Assembly: GCA_035084275.1 (NCBI GenBank)
Contig: CM068744.1
Span: forward strand, 12,772,001-12,836,000
Length of the DNA: 64,000 nucleotides
From: Hydrolagus colliei
Taxonomy: Eukaryota
Direction: 5' to 3'
The notes under the pieces: model-generated
What the model was told of the DNA's origin: nothing
Seen by the model: the letters and a program-made list of their open reading frames with translations, nothing else
Database searches by the model: none
Shown: in pieces, positions 37,791 through 53,400 of the stretch
Numbering within the stretch: the stretch's first letter is position 1
How the letters are laid out: the number at the start of each line of letters is the position of its first letter
Program-made: the position numbers and the translations under genes

Positions 37791-40700
37791 GAACAGGGAC
37801 ATTTCCATTTGTAGAGAGCACATATATGTGGATTGCTGGTAAACATGGTGATTGGTTTCTGCATGTGTCACATATGGCTGACCAAAGAAAATAGTGCTTA
37901 TAGACAATAGTACTTCTCACTCTGTCCTGTTCCTCAGCTAAAGTCAATTACAGTCAATTCACTTTACTGTGAAGCACTTTGAGACATCTAGAAGATGTGA
38001 ACAGTGCTGTATCAAATGCAAGGATTATTATTATTATACTAGGAAGACTGAAGGGAGCAGCATGGGAACAAATAGAATGCGTGCACTGCGATTTAGTCTC
38101 TCTCTTGCTCTTCTTTCTCTTGTTGTGACCTGCTGGCTGAATGAATGTACTTCACTGTATTTCGCACTCTATAATGTGATTCTCCAAAGATGTCAAACTA
38201 ACCTTGACAGATGAGAATATTTCTCTCTCTGCTTGTCTGTCAATTTGCTTGCCTTGCATTTACTTATGTATATATGCACTTCTTCATTGTGTAGGTGTTT
38301 GTCTCTCTTTCCTGCTCTTTTCAACTGCTTGCTTTCTCAATCTATCCCACCCACTTCTCTCTGCTTTTGTCAACTATAGGTTAGATCACATTGGATGACT
38401 AACCATATCTGTATGGTGGCTTCTGGGAAGAGTTCTCCACCATGGGTCTGCGTGTGAGGGTTAGACCATTTTCACTCAGAGATGGGCAGATCCTATTGCA
38501 CTTTGGTCCTTGAGTATCTAGTTGAATACAAAAGAAGCATTGCAGTCCATATGAAATCCAGCTATCTAAAACCATAAATGTTGTTTGTATATATAGAGAG
38601 AGTCTGAACATCTGGAATAAATAAATTATTCTATGGAAAATATTTGTTTTGAGAACCACAATCCAAAGCTATGAGGGAGAGTGAGTCCATATCCTCATTA
38701 ATATCTCTCAAAATAGGGAGGCAATTGGTCTGGCATGAATGACACAAATCAAGAGTAATTGTTCCCTAACATGCCAGAAGTTTGCGTTGGTTTTGTTAAA
38801 GGAGAATTACTGTGGAATTGATAGATACAAATATTTAGTCCAACCCTTGACTCTTACTCGTACTTGATAGCTCAATAAATGACCAAATTGCTGCATGCAT
38901 TCCAAATCTAAAACTTGGGTGGAATATCAAGAGAATGATAACTGTGCATATGGACATCTTCTTTGTCCGCAATTGAAATTGCTTGTATTGCTAGACTGGC
39001 AAGAATGTCAGCAACCAGTAATTCAAAATCAATAGCACAAACAGCAAGAGGATACCAACTTCCCTGTGAAGTGCCTCTTGACAGCTCAAAAGATTGAGAA
39101 ACAAATCTATGAGAAATCAGTGATAATCAGGGATGAGAGTAGAATGAGTCAAACCATTTGGTGAAAATGTCTCCAAACTTCAGGGGATCAGGAAAGCCCA
39201 TTGCATTGGCTCAAATACCATTTCAGTATCCAGCGAGAGACAAACCAGATTTCTTCACCATAAGAATTTGTGCTGTGTTTCATGTTAGAAGCTTCTGGGC
39301 ATTGGGATATGATTACTGCTCACAAATAACATCGATCAGATCCTCTTTACAAATATGTTTCAGATTTAGAAGTTTTGAAATGTACTAAATCTTTGATATA
39401 TAATTTTATAAGAACATGGGTCTTTCAGAAGCACAATATGGTGGGTATCAGCATGATGTACTTGCTTTTTCTAAGAATTAGTGAATTTGTCCTATCTATT
39501 CATCAATCTGGTCTAGAGAGGATATCAAGTAGAGTATCAAAAAGCTCTGATCTGTTCACAATTTCAAGTGTTTTTTACATACAAATGAGTCCCATTATAG
39601 TGCACTATCAATATATTGCCGCCTCATTCTCTAATGGCAAGTGTGGTATATCTGGCTTCTCGCACTGGTTAGATAGCTTCCTGTATAAGAAAATGGCAGA
39701 TGTCTGGTGCAATCAAGTTGCCACTGATGTCACTTCCTTCATACCAAGCACAGGAGCATCACTAACTTTACTTCCTCTGTTCCGGGCATAAGTACTACAC
39801 ATAGGCAGCATTGCTGACATCACTTCCTACATGCCACAAACAAAGTGACATTAGCACTATTCTTGCGGATTGCATGGGTGTGTGCAGGGTGTAGGAAGTG
39901 GCCACCAATCATTTATCGACGTCTCATTTATAGCACAGTGGGTGAAATGTTGAGCTCAGTGACTGGGTTTTCCTCTGTATGTCAGAGTCACCAAGGAAAT
40001 CCATAGGCCATATTATTCTTACCTACTCATCCAGTGAGCATGGCCTATGATACTTCATTCATTGTTTGTACATGTTTTCTGCATTTCACCTGCTGAAACT
40101 GAACACCTTTCAGATATTCATTCATCTGAGCTAGAGTTACCATTGCGACTGATCTGTGCAGATTGTACCAGACCCAGAGAAATTCCCAATTAACCTTCTC
40201 TGGATGATTGATTGTCAAATCATTCACCTATTTTATTGCCTGAATAGCTCGAATGGTTTGTTGTTTTCACAGGACAGCGGCCAAAAGAAGCTTTGCCTTT
40301 GTGTTTGTGATAGTGAGCTGCAGTCAATATAATTAAATGCATCATTTGACAGGTGAGGAGGGAGGGAACTCAGCTGCCGCATGTCTCAAGAAGTGTCAGA
40401 GAACCTGTTGAGTGCCTCTGCTTTGCATGTGGATTCAAACTGAATCCCACTCTTCCACTGTTTCAATATGTACCAGTAACACCAAAACATTGAGGTACTA
40501 CCTGCTCACTCCTGTGGGATCTGCGTAAGGTAAGAACTACTAAGACGTGATCCACTTATTCTATAAAATCTATTCTGTGCATACGGAAGGCTAGACACAG
40601 TGAAATAAACATTGTAAATGCATGTCGTACGTGCGCTGGACAAAAGTGGTCTGTGGATTTTGATTGCATTACTTGTATTTGACACTGTGAATGGGAGCCC

Positions 40701-43700
40701 GTATAGGTTGGGAATGTTCTTAGACCTAATCATCATTATCCTGGCATCTGTCATAGTGCATCCCGAAGGACCGTTAAAGTTGGTTGTTATCATTATCATC
40801 CACAAATTAAGACCCCGTTGTTGTTTTTTTGGAGGGGAGAGGCTTTGGCAACAAATGTGAATGATTCTGGCACCAAGTTGCATACCTGGATGCCAAGAAC
40901 ATGTCCTGAAGTATATTAGATTCATACTCCCAGAGTTTAGGGGTCACCTGGGAGCTCATGATGATTTATATGTCACTTGGAGGATTATGATGTGGGCATA
41001 TTCTGTAAATCCAAAAAGCAACCCCCCCCCACAAAAGGCAAGAAAATTTGGTAGCTTTTTTCACCAAAAATCTGGTTTAAAAAAGAATAATATAGTCCCT
41101 CATACATTGCTGTCCAGAGGCTGCTATATTAAACTAGTGAACCATCTACTATTCAATCTATGCCCTATCCCAATGCCCTGTGCTCTATCTATTGGTTATC
41201 TGTAAGAGATAGATAGCAACAATGGTGACTTGAAACTATGACAGCTTTAGACAAAGTAATATAGGAGCATGAGGAAGCCATTCAGTCTCTTCAGGCCAAT
41301 CCATAAGAATATTTTTTAGTTTAACATATCAGAATTAAAAAATTTACTAGCCAAAGGAAACCAAGGTCCATGTAGTTTACCTTTGACCTTCATGGCAGTT
41401 GCTTAACATGTCATGTCCCAAATTGTGTATCCCAAGATATCCTGTGACTGTATTTCCTTATGAAACTGTGCCAGTATCACTCCATCAACTAGCACTTGCA
41501 ATATCTCCAAAACAAATTTTCACATTCTGGTCAACGTGACATTTGTGCGTCCAATTGCTTTGACACTTCACAGCTGTAATCTCAGGAATATTCAAAAATG
41601 GTTGCGGTTGAAAGTTCCCTACTTCTGATGTGGGAAAATACTCATTTTTCCAGGTTCATCAGCATTCGCTTCTATATTTTGGTTAATACTGGATTCAAAT
41701 AAAATCTTCACAAAGCATACTTTTTTTAATGAAATGAGGAACATGGTCTCATACATAATTATCGGTGACTTCCAGTAGCATTTTGGTTTAATAGCCACAT
41801 TAGATGAAAGTCACTATCAAAAGGGAATTTGATAAGCATGTTTTGTAGAAACAGTAAAGGATATAGTGAAAGCTAAAGTAATGCATATAGGTGGGCAGTA
41901 GGATTAATATGTAAAGGGCAAATTAGAAAAAAAAATAGCTATTAGTGGCAAAGAAACAATAGGCCAAATTACCTCCTTCTGTGTTGAAATTTCTGTTTTT
42001 ATGTCATTGCCAACCACCACTGAGTTAACAGCAGGATTGCTGACTGTATTTATTTTGTAGTTTAAAAGAAACAAGTGTTATTGGTTCATTAGTTTAGCAG
42101 CAGGACTCACTGTAGTCTGATACTGAAGCAGTTTGTATTACTTTGGACTGAGAATTGGATGTAGGTAGATTTTTGCTTCCATCTGAGAGTAAACCTTTCT
42201 GAATTTAATGACTTATTCAGTGTCATCAGTGCTGGGCATTTTCCCAAGTTAGGTAAATGTTAGATAATGCTTCTCCTTCTTGACTACTTTGAAATATCTT
42301 AGAAACCCAGATATTTCCCTTTCAGAAGACAAAAATGGAGATCACACAAAATATATAGATGAACAGTGGCCCTTTTTACCTATTTGATCACTTGGTTCCA
42401 GAATAATTCTCTCCACATTCTCTTACTATTCCCCTAATACAACATCAAGCATTGTTTAAACTGAGTTCAGCTATAACCTATTCTAATTATTGTTGACCCT
42501 TCTCATTGAAATTTAGTTTTGCCTTTTGACCCTTTTTCCTTCTGTCTGTCCTAATGTTGCCCTTGAGTACCTTGAACCCATGGCCTCTTGGCATCCTATG
42601 TTACTGTATTTGAATATATTGCTTCATCTTTATTTGCTTTATCCCATTTCTGCTGAATTTGAGGTCCTCTTAATTGTATGAATGGTACAACCAATAATTC
42701 AGTACCAGTAGCTAAATCACTTATTTCTGCTTGGAAAGCCACAATGTTAAGGAAATGCCCTTTCTTCTCTGTGAGGTCTTACATAGTTATGAATTATGAA
42801 CCACTATGAACAACATCATTTAGTATGTGTAGGATACTAGCCAGAATACACAGTTTGCTTCTTGCTGATCTTTGCTAGGGTTGAATTAATTGAAAATCAG
42901 GCATCAGCTTGTCTCTGTTTGTAGATTCTTGCTTCTGATTATGAGTTTGTGTCCTACATTAGGAGTTGAGTTCGTCAAAAAAAAGTAATTTTTGTTGTTG
43001 TTGTTGTTATTGAGTTTATAATCTGAGGAGTTATTGCAATGTTGCAGGTGCCTTCCTTGGTGTGAAATAAACTAATCTCCCTATTTTTGTTAATATGTTC
43101 AGGTAGGCATTAGAAGATCCCACAGTGCTCTTAGCAAAGAGAAGGTAGTTTCTCTCTGCCAGCGTTCTGGCCGACAATCTCCCAAATGAAATACATTATG
43201 AGTCGTTCAGCTCAATGCTGCTAATTGTTGGCATAGCTGCCCCAAATTGGCAGCTGCATTTGTATACTTTACATCAAGGATCCTGTGAAGCGCTTTGAGA
43301 TATGCTAGAATAAAAATTTGGTCACTTGGTCTATGATCTTTTTATGGGAGACTATTGTGTGCGATTGGCTGCCATGTGTGGTCCACAAAATATACAGTAA
43401 ATTCACTTTACAGTATATTCCGTGAAGCTCTTTGAGATGTCAAAATGATGTTATAAGGTGCTATATCAAACGTAAAGATTATAATTATTGAAGGCGAGGC
43501 AGATACTCTATTGAAATGCTACATTGTAAGAGATGTCATCCTTTGCATTAGATGTTAAACCGAGGGTCTGTTTGGCTGGACAATAAAGATCCCAAAGCAC
43601 TATTTGAAAATAGAAGGGTGCTTGTCCTGGCCAACAATCCTCCAGATAAAATATGTCAATTATTTCATAACGGTTTGTAGGACTTTGCTATTTCCAAATT

Positions 43701-45030
43701 GGCCGCTGCAATAGCCTATAAATACTCAAGTCACTATACTTTGCACAATAGACTGTGTAAAGTGTGATGAGACATTTCAAGGTGATAGGGTGCTATTATC
43801 ATATGGAAGGATTATTAATATGCATGTTATGGTTTGTAAATGTAACTGAAATCTATCTGACCACACACTATCAATTTAAAACTCATTGTTATCTCTTTGC
43901 AAGCTGATTACAATTTTAGTGAACGCATTTTTTATGAAACTATCTTGCCTGTATTTGCACGGAAGCAGATGGTACAAAATAACCCATTGAAAGGCTGCCT
44001 ACATTGAGATGGTATCATGGTCATTAAACAGATTGACTATCAAATAACAAATAGAGAGTGATATAAAAATGGTAAAGCAACTACTGTTTGGTTTAGAAGT
44101 ACCACAAGAATAATATACAATAAAAGGCCATTTATCCAGCACCCGATCAACCATAACTTCCATATAATCGGCATCGCAAAAAAAAATCTGCATTCGATTA
44201 ACCGGAATTAATCCGGAAAAATGCATTGAATTTTTTTTGGGGGGGATTTATTTTTGCGTTATCGGCTGAATATCCGGCAGGCACTTTAAGCGGCATTGGC
44301 CAGGTCCTGAGGGTCCCAGATTAACAGGCTTTCACTAATAATATATATAATAATAATATAATAATAATCCTTGCATTTGATATAGCGCTTTTCACACCTT
44401 ATTGACATCTTAAAGCGCTTCGCAGAATACACTGTAAAGTGTATATTTGTGGGCAAAACTGTATATTTGTGGGCAAAACACAGCAGCCAATTGCACACAG
44501 CAATGTCCCACAAACAGTCGTGGATTGAAAATGACAATATTTGGGGATTTGTTTTTTGGAAGGGATTACAATGTGATTAATGTATAATTCTGGGTGTATT
44601 TCTCCATCTCATTCCCTCTAAATTGAAGGACAACTTAACTGTTGGTACAACTGGAACTGTAGCTAAATCATTTAGTTCTGCTTGGCAAACCTGGATTGTA
44701 AGGAAATCCCTTGCCTTCAGGCAAATTCTTTCACAGCATATGAATTATGCAATTTACTTTTTATTTTGAATGACATTCATTTAATACGTACTGTATAGGA
44801 TACTAGTCAGGATACGCAAGTTGTCAGCCACACATCTGATGACTTCTATAATTCTTTGAAACTGTTTTGGAATGCAGATAGATGCTATCCATCCACCCAT
44901 TACTTACTAACCTTACTTTTTGAATAAATTCTGTTCTGGAATGTATGACTTTACGAGGCTACCTATTATCTCAGTAAGAAATGTTTTCTCTCTTGTTTTA
45001 TTGACCAGTGGTTATTCTTCCCTTTTATAG

Positions 45031-45102
45031 GCTTCCTCAAAACGGAGAGGGAGTAAAGATCTGCAAAAGTCTGAGAAGAAAACCACACAGGCAATTCAAG
45101 AG
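45031..45102 (+). CDS. SOGA3: SOGA3/MTCL3 coding exon 4
   Basis: Not in the ORF track. Acceptor ttcttcccttttatag|, reads ASSKRRGSKDLQKSEKKTTQAIQE, donor |gtgacg. 72 nt. Matches the SOGA3 KRRGSKDL.KSEKK segment. Confidence 0.92.
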
Positions 45103-45811
45103 GTGACGTGATTGTGTTTAGACATACAACATTAGTGAAGCTGCTATCGAGAGCGAAGATTCTGCTGCAAAGCAGACCTATATTTAATCCCTAAAACAGT
45201 TTGTATATCCAAACCATTTTCTACTGTACAGGCTTCACTCCTACATCATCAGTGTATAATGAATAAAGACCACTGCCATAATTTTTTTTACAGAAAATTC
45301 ACAGGGTCAGAGTCAATGTAAATACAACCAGTTTGTTCGAGCTAGGGGTTGCTCATAAGCCAGACGCACTGTGGACCCATTGCTGGCTTCCCACGTATTA
45401 CATCGTGGCTGACATCTGGATAATCAGGTTGCAATTAATGTCAATTCTTGCATGCATGATATGCTTGTGCAGGAAGTGACAATATATAACCTACTTGCAT
45501 TAATATTTTTTTGTGTGGGCAACCAGGCATTTTCCTGCCCACATGTTCTACCACATCATTATGATGTGGAATAGCTGACTGTTACAAGGTGGAATGGCAA
45601 GCCCTACTGTATTGTATGTGAATGAGAAAGTGTGGCTGTGAAAGTGTATACACCTTTTGGCTTTTGCAGAGAGATTACATCTCAGAATGTATACATATCA
45701 GCAGCCCTACAAAAAACATCACACCCTAAGGTGTACACTTGTTGATGACTTTCTAAAGGTTAATATTCTCAGAGGAAGGTTGATAAGGGATAAACATGTG
45801 CAAAATACATA

Positions 45812-46679
45812 CCGTATATCTCCGCGTATAAGGCGCACCCCACACTTTTGACCTTTTCTTGGTGAAAAAAACAGAAGCATTTTCAATGATATTGCCGGCA
45901 GAAGGGAGGAGAGACAGGAGAGACAGTTAGGTAGGGAGAGAGAGAGGCAGGCAGGCAGGGAGGGAGGGAGGGAGGCAGGGAGAGAGAGAGGGAGAGAGGC
46001 AGGCTGGTAGCCTGGGAGAGAGAGAGGGAGAGAGGCAGGCCGGCAGCCAGGGAGAGAGAGGGAGAGAGGCAGGCTGCCAGGGAGAGAGAGAGGCAGGCCG
46101 GCAGCCAGGGAGAGAGAGAGAGAGGGAGAGAGGCAGGCCAGCAGCCAGGGAGAGAGAGAGGCAGGCAGCCACGCAGGCAGGGAGGGAGGGAGGGAAGCAG
46201 GCAGGCAGGCAGCCAGGGAGAGGGAGAGAGGCAGGCCGACAGCCTGGGAGAGAGAGAGGGAGAGAGGCAGGCCGGCAGCCTGGGAGAGAGGGAGAGAGGC
46301 AGGCAGGCAGCCAAGGAGAGAGAGAGGGAGAGAGACAGGCCGGCACGCAGGCAGGGAGAGAGGGAGGGAAGCAGGCAGGGAGAGAGAGCGGCAGGGAGGG
46401 AGGCAGGCAGACTAGGTTCGGCAGAAGGTAAGCACAGCACTGAAGTTCGCTGCTGCTGCCGCTGTCCGGGTGGCTGAGGCCGAAGCCCCGTCACCCGCTC
46501 CCCCCAACCCCCGCCGGACACTGACCAAACCCCGGCTGACAGCGCGCCGGCCGCCCCTCCTGTTTACTGTATTTCCGAGGCTCAAAATTTCTTGTATCTG
46601 CATATAGGGCGCACCGCCAACTTTCGAGATCTTCCGATGTGAAAAAAAGTGCGCCTTATACACGGTACTGTATATACGG
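45812..46679. mobile_element. Tc2/pogo-type MITE containing a purine-rich minisatellite
   Basis: TA|CCGTATATCTCCGCGTATAAGGCGCAC ... GTGCGCCTTATACACGGTACTGTATATACGG|TA; GGAGAGAGAGGGAGAGAGGCAGGCCGGCAGCC-like units at about 45930-46410. Confidence 0.85.
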
Positions 46680-46812
46680 TACTAGTAAATCAATATGTTT
46701 GCACCATTCAGTTGATTTGCAATTCTATCAGTGTTACCTTTGCCAAAATGATGAGCTTGATTAACCATTTTCTTTCTTAAGGTAGAAATGTTTTTTGTTC
46801 ATTGTTAACTAG

Positions 46813-48039
<1,227 letters not shown>

Positions 48040-48420
48040 TGATTATACAGCGGAGGTAAATTCTAATATATTCATTCTATTAATAAAATTGGTAGGATTT
48101 GAATTGCTCAAATGATATTGGTCAATATTACATAGTAACTATTAATAGCTTTTAACAAGAAAATCTACTTAGCACATTTTTAGCATCATTAAAACCCAAT
48201 TCCTTGATTAATGGTGTAATTAACCACGTTAAAGCACATTCATTGTTCAGATAGGAAATTATAAAACACTGCAATGATCCTTGTTAACTGCAATTATAGC
48301 TCTCAAAAGATGGTAGTTCAAATAAACTAAGACATACATAAAGTTTAGCAGCAGTTCTATTTATGTAAATTGCAATAATACTTTTAATATTGGATTTAGA
48401 ATATTGAATTAATGACATGA

Positions 48421-48645
<225 letters not shown>

Positions 48646-49193
48646 AATCCCCATCTTCTTCAGTGTACTACCTTTTTAGTTTGTTTTATTTATTTTAATA
48701 CCCCATCAAGAAAACAGCCAATACAAAATAATACACAACAGGATCATGAATCACCATTTGCAAGGCTTTGTAAAATACTGGAGAGACTAACAATTTTTCA
48801 ACATGGATTATTACATGCAACCATTTGGTAAGTGGTTTTATAAAGTGATCCTCTCTATGACTCTGTGATATTGGAATATGAACTCTTGAAACATCATTGC
48901 TCTACTCTTCACTTCATGTATGTTACTTATAATGGATAAAAAATACTACTTATCATGCTATGTAGAAATGACTGAGAACAAGAAGCTTATTTCCATCAGT
49001 TTGACTCGACGGCATGCTTCATCACACAAATTACTTTCTTGGGCCATGGAAATTAGAGAAATTCTTATCCAACCACGTGATACTGTAAATATCTTCACCT
49101 GTGAAATAAGTGCGCGAGTCACTGGTTGTTTCCTATCTACTACTAGTTGTACTGTATATCTGTGTAGTTCAGAAAATTTAAAGCAGAGTTGGA

Positions 49194-49199
49194 AATAAA
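49194..49199 (+). terminator. Candidate proximal poly(A) signal for SOGA3
   Basis: AATAAA about 550 nt after the stop codon. Confidence 0.35.
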
Positions 49200-51017
49200 A
49201 TGGTTTGGCTTCTGTAACATTACCTGATCAGCCTCACATGTTGCAGAAAGTTACTACAGTATATCACAAGACTGACTGGCCACTGTTTCAGTATGTAGTT
49301 ACTCACGTACACTGACTTAGCTCTATGAATCAATTACCAATCATGTCAAGAAAGCATGTCACCCTCCACGGTTGTGTGCACATTCAATGGGATTTGCCTG
49401 TTATAATTTACAGTTATAATGATAATTTACAGTCTAATGGGAAAATCCCTGGTTGTTTCCTACCTACTGGTAGTTGTATTTTATGATATGGAGCTTAAAT
49501 TCCACTGACTGCTATTGATATCAATGGTAAAAAAAAGCGTTACATTTGTGATCAGGTTAGACTCCAGTTGGATGGAAATCAAAGGTCCAGATTAAAGGAA
49601 AGAAGATTATTATTAATTGTAGTTACCAACTTCCTGCTTAGGAGGAGAGGGCATGCAGAAAAATACATTATTTTGACATGTAATAGCTGCAACCTTGGTC
49701 CAAAGTATATAAATCATCATGATACACAAGATCATTATTAACAAAGCTTATTCTAGACTAGTTTAGACTACATCAACTATTGTTTGACTGAACAGCAAAA
49801 TTACATTTGCATAGCGCCTTTCATGTCGGGAGTTCAAGGTGCCATGTAACTTAATAGTAATAAATATAGAACAAAAAACCCCAATTGAAAACCATTTGCT
49901 AATTATATCTAAAGACATGTCATGTTGGCTTGCATGTCAATAATCTTACTTAGTGATTTAACTTAATAGATTTTAAAGCATTATCTTCCCATTATATGTA
50001 CACATTGTTAACTGTGCTGCTTAGCAACAGGAGGTATGTATTTTCCAATTCAGTTTTGTATCATATGCTGGATTTTGCTCTTCTGCCTTTGCTACCATGT
50101 ATGGCAAATATACACAAACAATCACTTGAAGCACGTCCTATCTGTAAGTACAGTACTTCCTTTTGGACTTGGTATTGAGCCAAGGGGGGAAATATGTTGC
50201 ATGGCATATTGCTTTGAGACCTTGTAGAAAATTAAACCTTTTGTATAAGTACAGAGGGAGTCATCCACTTAGCCATGTTGCCATTCCTTCTGTGTTCTAA
50301 ATTCAACAGAATGGATGTAAAGCCAGTTCTGTATAAACCATATTGATCATAAAATGAAGACTGGGCTTGGGGGAAGGAGAATAACTTATTATTAATAATA
50401 ATGATCCTTACATTTGGCATTGGATCTTTCACATTGGGAGAACGTCCCAAAGTGCTTCACAGGATATAACATAAATTGTAGTGATAGTATATTTTGTGGG
50501 TGAATGATATATATATTTATAATATATATATATGCAAGTTGCTGTTGTTGTTGTTGTGGGTGAATGTAACAACCAATTTCCACACAACAGTGTCCCACAA
50601 ACAGACGTGAAGTGATTGACCAGTTTTATTTTGGGGGATTCTTGGTCCTTCTCTTTTTGAATAGAACCATGGGATCTTTAACATCCACCTGAACAGGCAG
50701 ACAGGACCTTGGTTGTAACGTCTCATCTGAAAGACAGATTTGTCATTTGACATTTGTCTGCCATGTGCATTTTACCATTTGAATTGTATACAAAACTGTG
50801 CTTATTCATGTTAGAAACTAGACATTTTTTAAATGTTATAATATTCTTGGTATGCTTCGGGTATACATTGTAATATTATAGACACAAGCAGAATAATTTG
50901 TATGCAGCATGTGTTGTGTATAGCACTGTGGTCACCAGAAAGAAACCACTGTAAAAATGCTTCATGTTTTATCATTTTTATTCAAATACTTCCACGTATA
51001 AAATGAACATAGATGCA

Positions 51018-51023
51018 AATAAA
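51018..51023 (+). terminator. Candidate distal poly(A) signal for SOGA3
   Basis: AATAAA at the end of a TE-free, U-rich UTR-like block (about 50750-51030), followed by a T-rich downstream element. Confidence 0.45.
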
Positions 51024-51199
51024 AACATTTTAAAATACCAACTGACATCTTTTTTGGTAAATACAGTCAAAATATACACATAGAATGCTAGTATTGTATT
51101 ATGTTGTAGCGCATTGAGATGTTTCAACAACATGATAAGGTACAATATCAATGCAAGGATTATTATTTTTGTTATGATTAGTTTTATTATCATAGAACA

Positions 51200-51560
51200 G
51201 ATCAATTTCAAGATCTTCTCTTTCACCTACAAATCCCCTCATATCCCGGTACCTCCGTACCTCTCCAACCTTCTTAATCCCTACTCTACCGCCGCCTGTA
51301 ATCAGCTGGCTGACTCTTATCTCATATCTCGTCCTCTCCACCATAAAAGGCTGTACTTTCAGCTGTTGTGCCCCGATACTTTGAAACTCTCTCCCTCAAT
51401 CCCCCAACTTGTCCCCTCCTTCCCCATTTTCAGATCATGTCTGAAGACCTTCCTCTTTGACTGTGCTTACAGTCAGCTTCAGATGGGCGTCAGGCACCAC
51501 CATTGTGAATGCTCTGAAACAGCCTGGGTGAAGAGCACTATATAAATGCAAACTGTTGTA
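51200..51560 (+). mobile_element. Degenerate L2 3' fragment
   Basis: INFKIFSFTYK...PPYLSNLL...FRSCLKTFLF. Confidence 0.75.
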
Positions 51561-52844
51561 CTTCAACACACATTTTAGTGTCCCCAGGCACTGGCTCTTG
51601 TCAACCTGCACCTAAAGGCACCTAAACTTTCCAGGGTTAGGGAATAGCATGCATTTCTGTGGGGTACACTTCCAGCAGTTTGGTTTGAACACATAAGCAT
51701 AGTGATGGGTGTGCTATTTACAAAGTGCAAAATCAATAAAACACTCAGGAGATTAGGTAGAAAAGCTTTTGTTTCCTTCACCCACAAATTGAAAGAAAAC
51801 ATACTTGCTAGCTCCATGTTCTAATATTCTTTATGAGACAGACTCGGTTGACTTTGTCAAATTACCAGACTGCTATCAACGATCAGCCACCATCCCTCTG
51901 CAAACACCCACTGCTCATGACTTCTTGACTGTTATACAGTTTACATTTATGTAGCTCTTGTAAAGCAAGCGGATATCTGAAAGCAATTGACACTGGTAAG
52001 CAGAAAAATTACCAATAGCACAGTCAAACGAATCAACATCTTGCCTTTTGGCCTGACTGAGGTAAGCTTGAATAACAACAACGGCTTGTATTTATTTAGC
52101 CCCCTCCACGCTGGGCAGTGTACACTTGAATAATAAGTGGTCAGCTCAGTAAACATTCCAAAAACTGACTAGTTCCCTTGATCCACAACCGTCGTAAAAG
52201 AGGCGAGGCCTTCTCACTGTTGGTTCTCTCAATATTTTTTTTTGTTGAACTGGACAGTAAAGCAGAGTGGAATGAATGGTAAACTTCCTCTCGAGCCCCT
52301 GAAAAGTGTCCAGTTCTGCAACATCAAACAACTGGCCGACTAAAAAAACTGTATTGGTGGTGAAATCCTGGCATTCTTAAAATCACAAGATTGGTCTGGG
52401 TAAAGATGACCCTTGGGCTTATCCGATCTCATCTCTCCAGAACAACCAAGGTTATGAACAATCTAATAAAACAGCATTTCAACTGAATCTGTATTGTAAT
52501 TCAACTGACTATACTTTCCGTGAAATTCTGATCATTATCTCAGAAAGTGTGCTAAACATGACTGAGAATGTATAAAACTTGTACCTGCACAGCCACATTG
52601 TGTTATTGTCACACTGAATGCTGTGTGAAGTGCCATTTTCTCCTGACAATGGTAGGTTATTCAGGGGACGAGTATCTTGGGTTCTTTTACAATTTATCCC
52701 AGCAAAGGAATATCAGAATTGAACTCACACACTGTGGCATTCTAAATAGTGCCGCTTTTGAGCGATACAGGGCTGCAGTTCCCCAGGGCACTGCTGATGA
52801 CAGCATACCTAGCCTAGCTCAATGGCAGGTCTTGGAAGAGCAGA

Positions 52845-53400
52845 CAACAACAACAACTTTGATTTATATAGCGCCCTCCACGCCGGACGGCATTTCAGAG
52901 CATTTCATAATAACGGATCCCGGGCCCGATCCATGGGCAGGGGGAGAAAGGTGACCAAAGGCGCGGTCGAAAAGAAAGGTCTTCAGTTGAGACCTGAAAT
53001 TAGGCAGAGAGGGGGTGAAGCAAAGGGAGTGAGGAAGGGAGTTCCAGAGCTTTGGGCCATAGTGGCTGAAGGCACTGCCGCCAATGGTGGAGTGGAGTAT
53101 TTGGGGGACAAGGAGGAGACCGGAAATGGAGGAGCAAAGGAAAGGCGTGCTGTGTTGGGGAGAGAGGTCAGAGAGGTAGGGGGGGGGCAGAGGAGTGGAG
53201 AGATTTGAAAACAAGAGTGAGGATCTTGAAATCGATCCTCTCTGGGACAAGGAGCCAGTGAAGTCTGGCAAAGACTGGGGTAATGAGGGAGTGAAGTTTG
53301 GTGCGGGTGAGAATGCGGGCAGCGGAGTTCTGAATGAGCTGGATTTTATGAATTGTGGTGGAAGGGAGACCAGTGAGGAATGCATTTACATAGTCCAGAC
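52845..53400 (-). mobile_element. L2-clade LINE 3' fragment
   Basis: [12 protein letters not shown]...[12 protein letters not shown]...[15 protein letters not shown] in the minus-strand ORF. Confidence 0.9.

Noticed and set aside
45883-46521. 212-aa Leu/Ser/Pro ORF
   Set aside because: Translation of the minisatellite inside a MITE.
51560-52340. Coding-like minus-strand stretch with short ORFs
   Set aside because: Multiple stops and no motif I can identify; possibly an old TE remnant, would need tblastx or Dfam.
52703-52828. Possible 126-nt phase-0 exon (QRNIRIELTH...LAQWQ)
   Set aside because: Weak donor (gtcttg) and no recognisable SOGA/MTCL homology.
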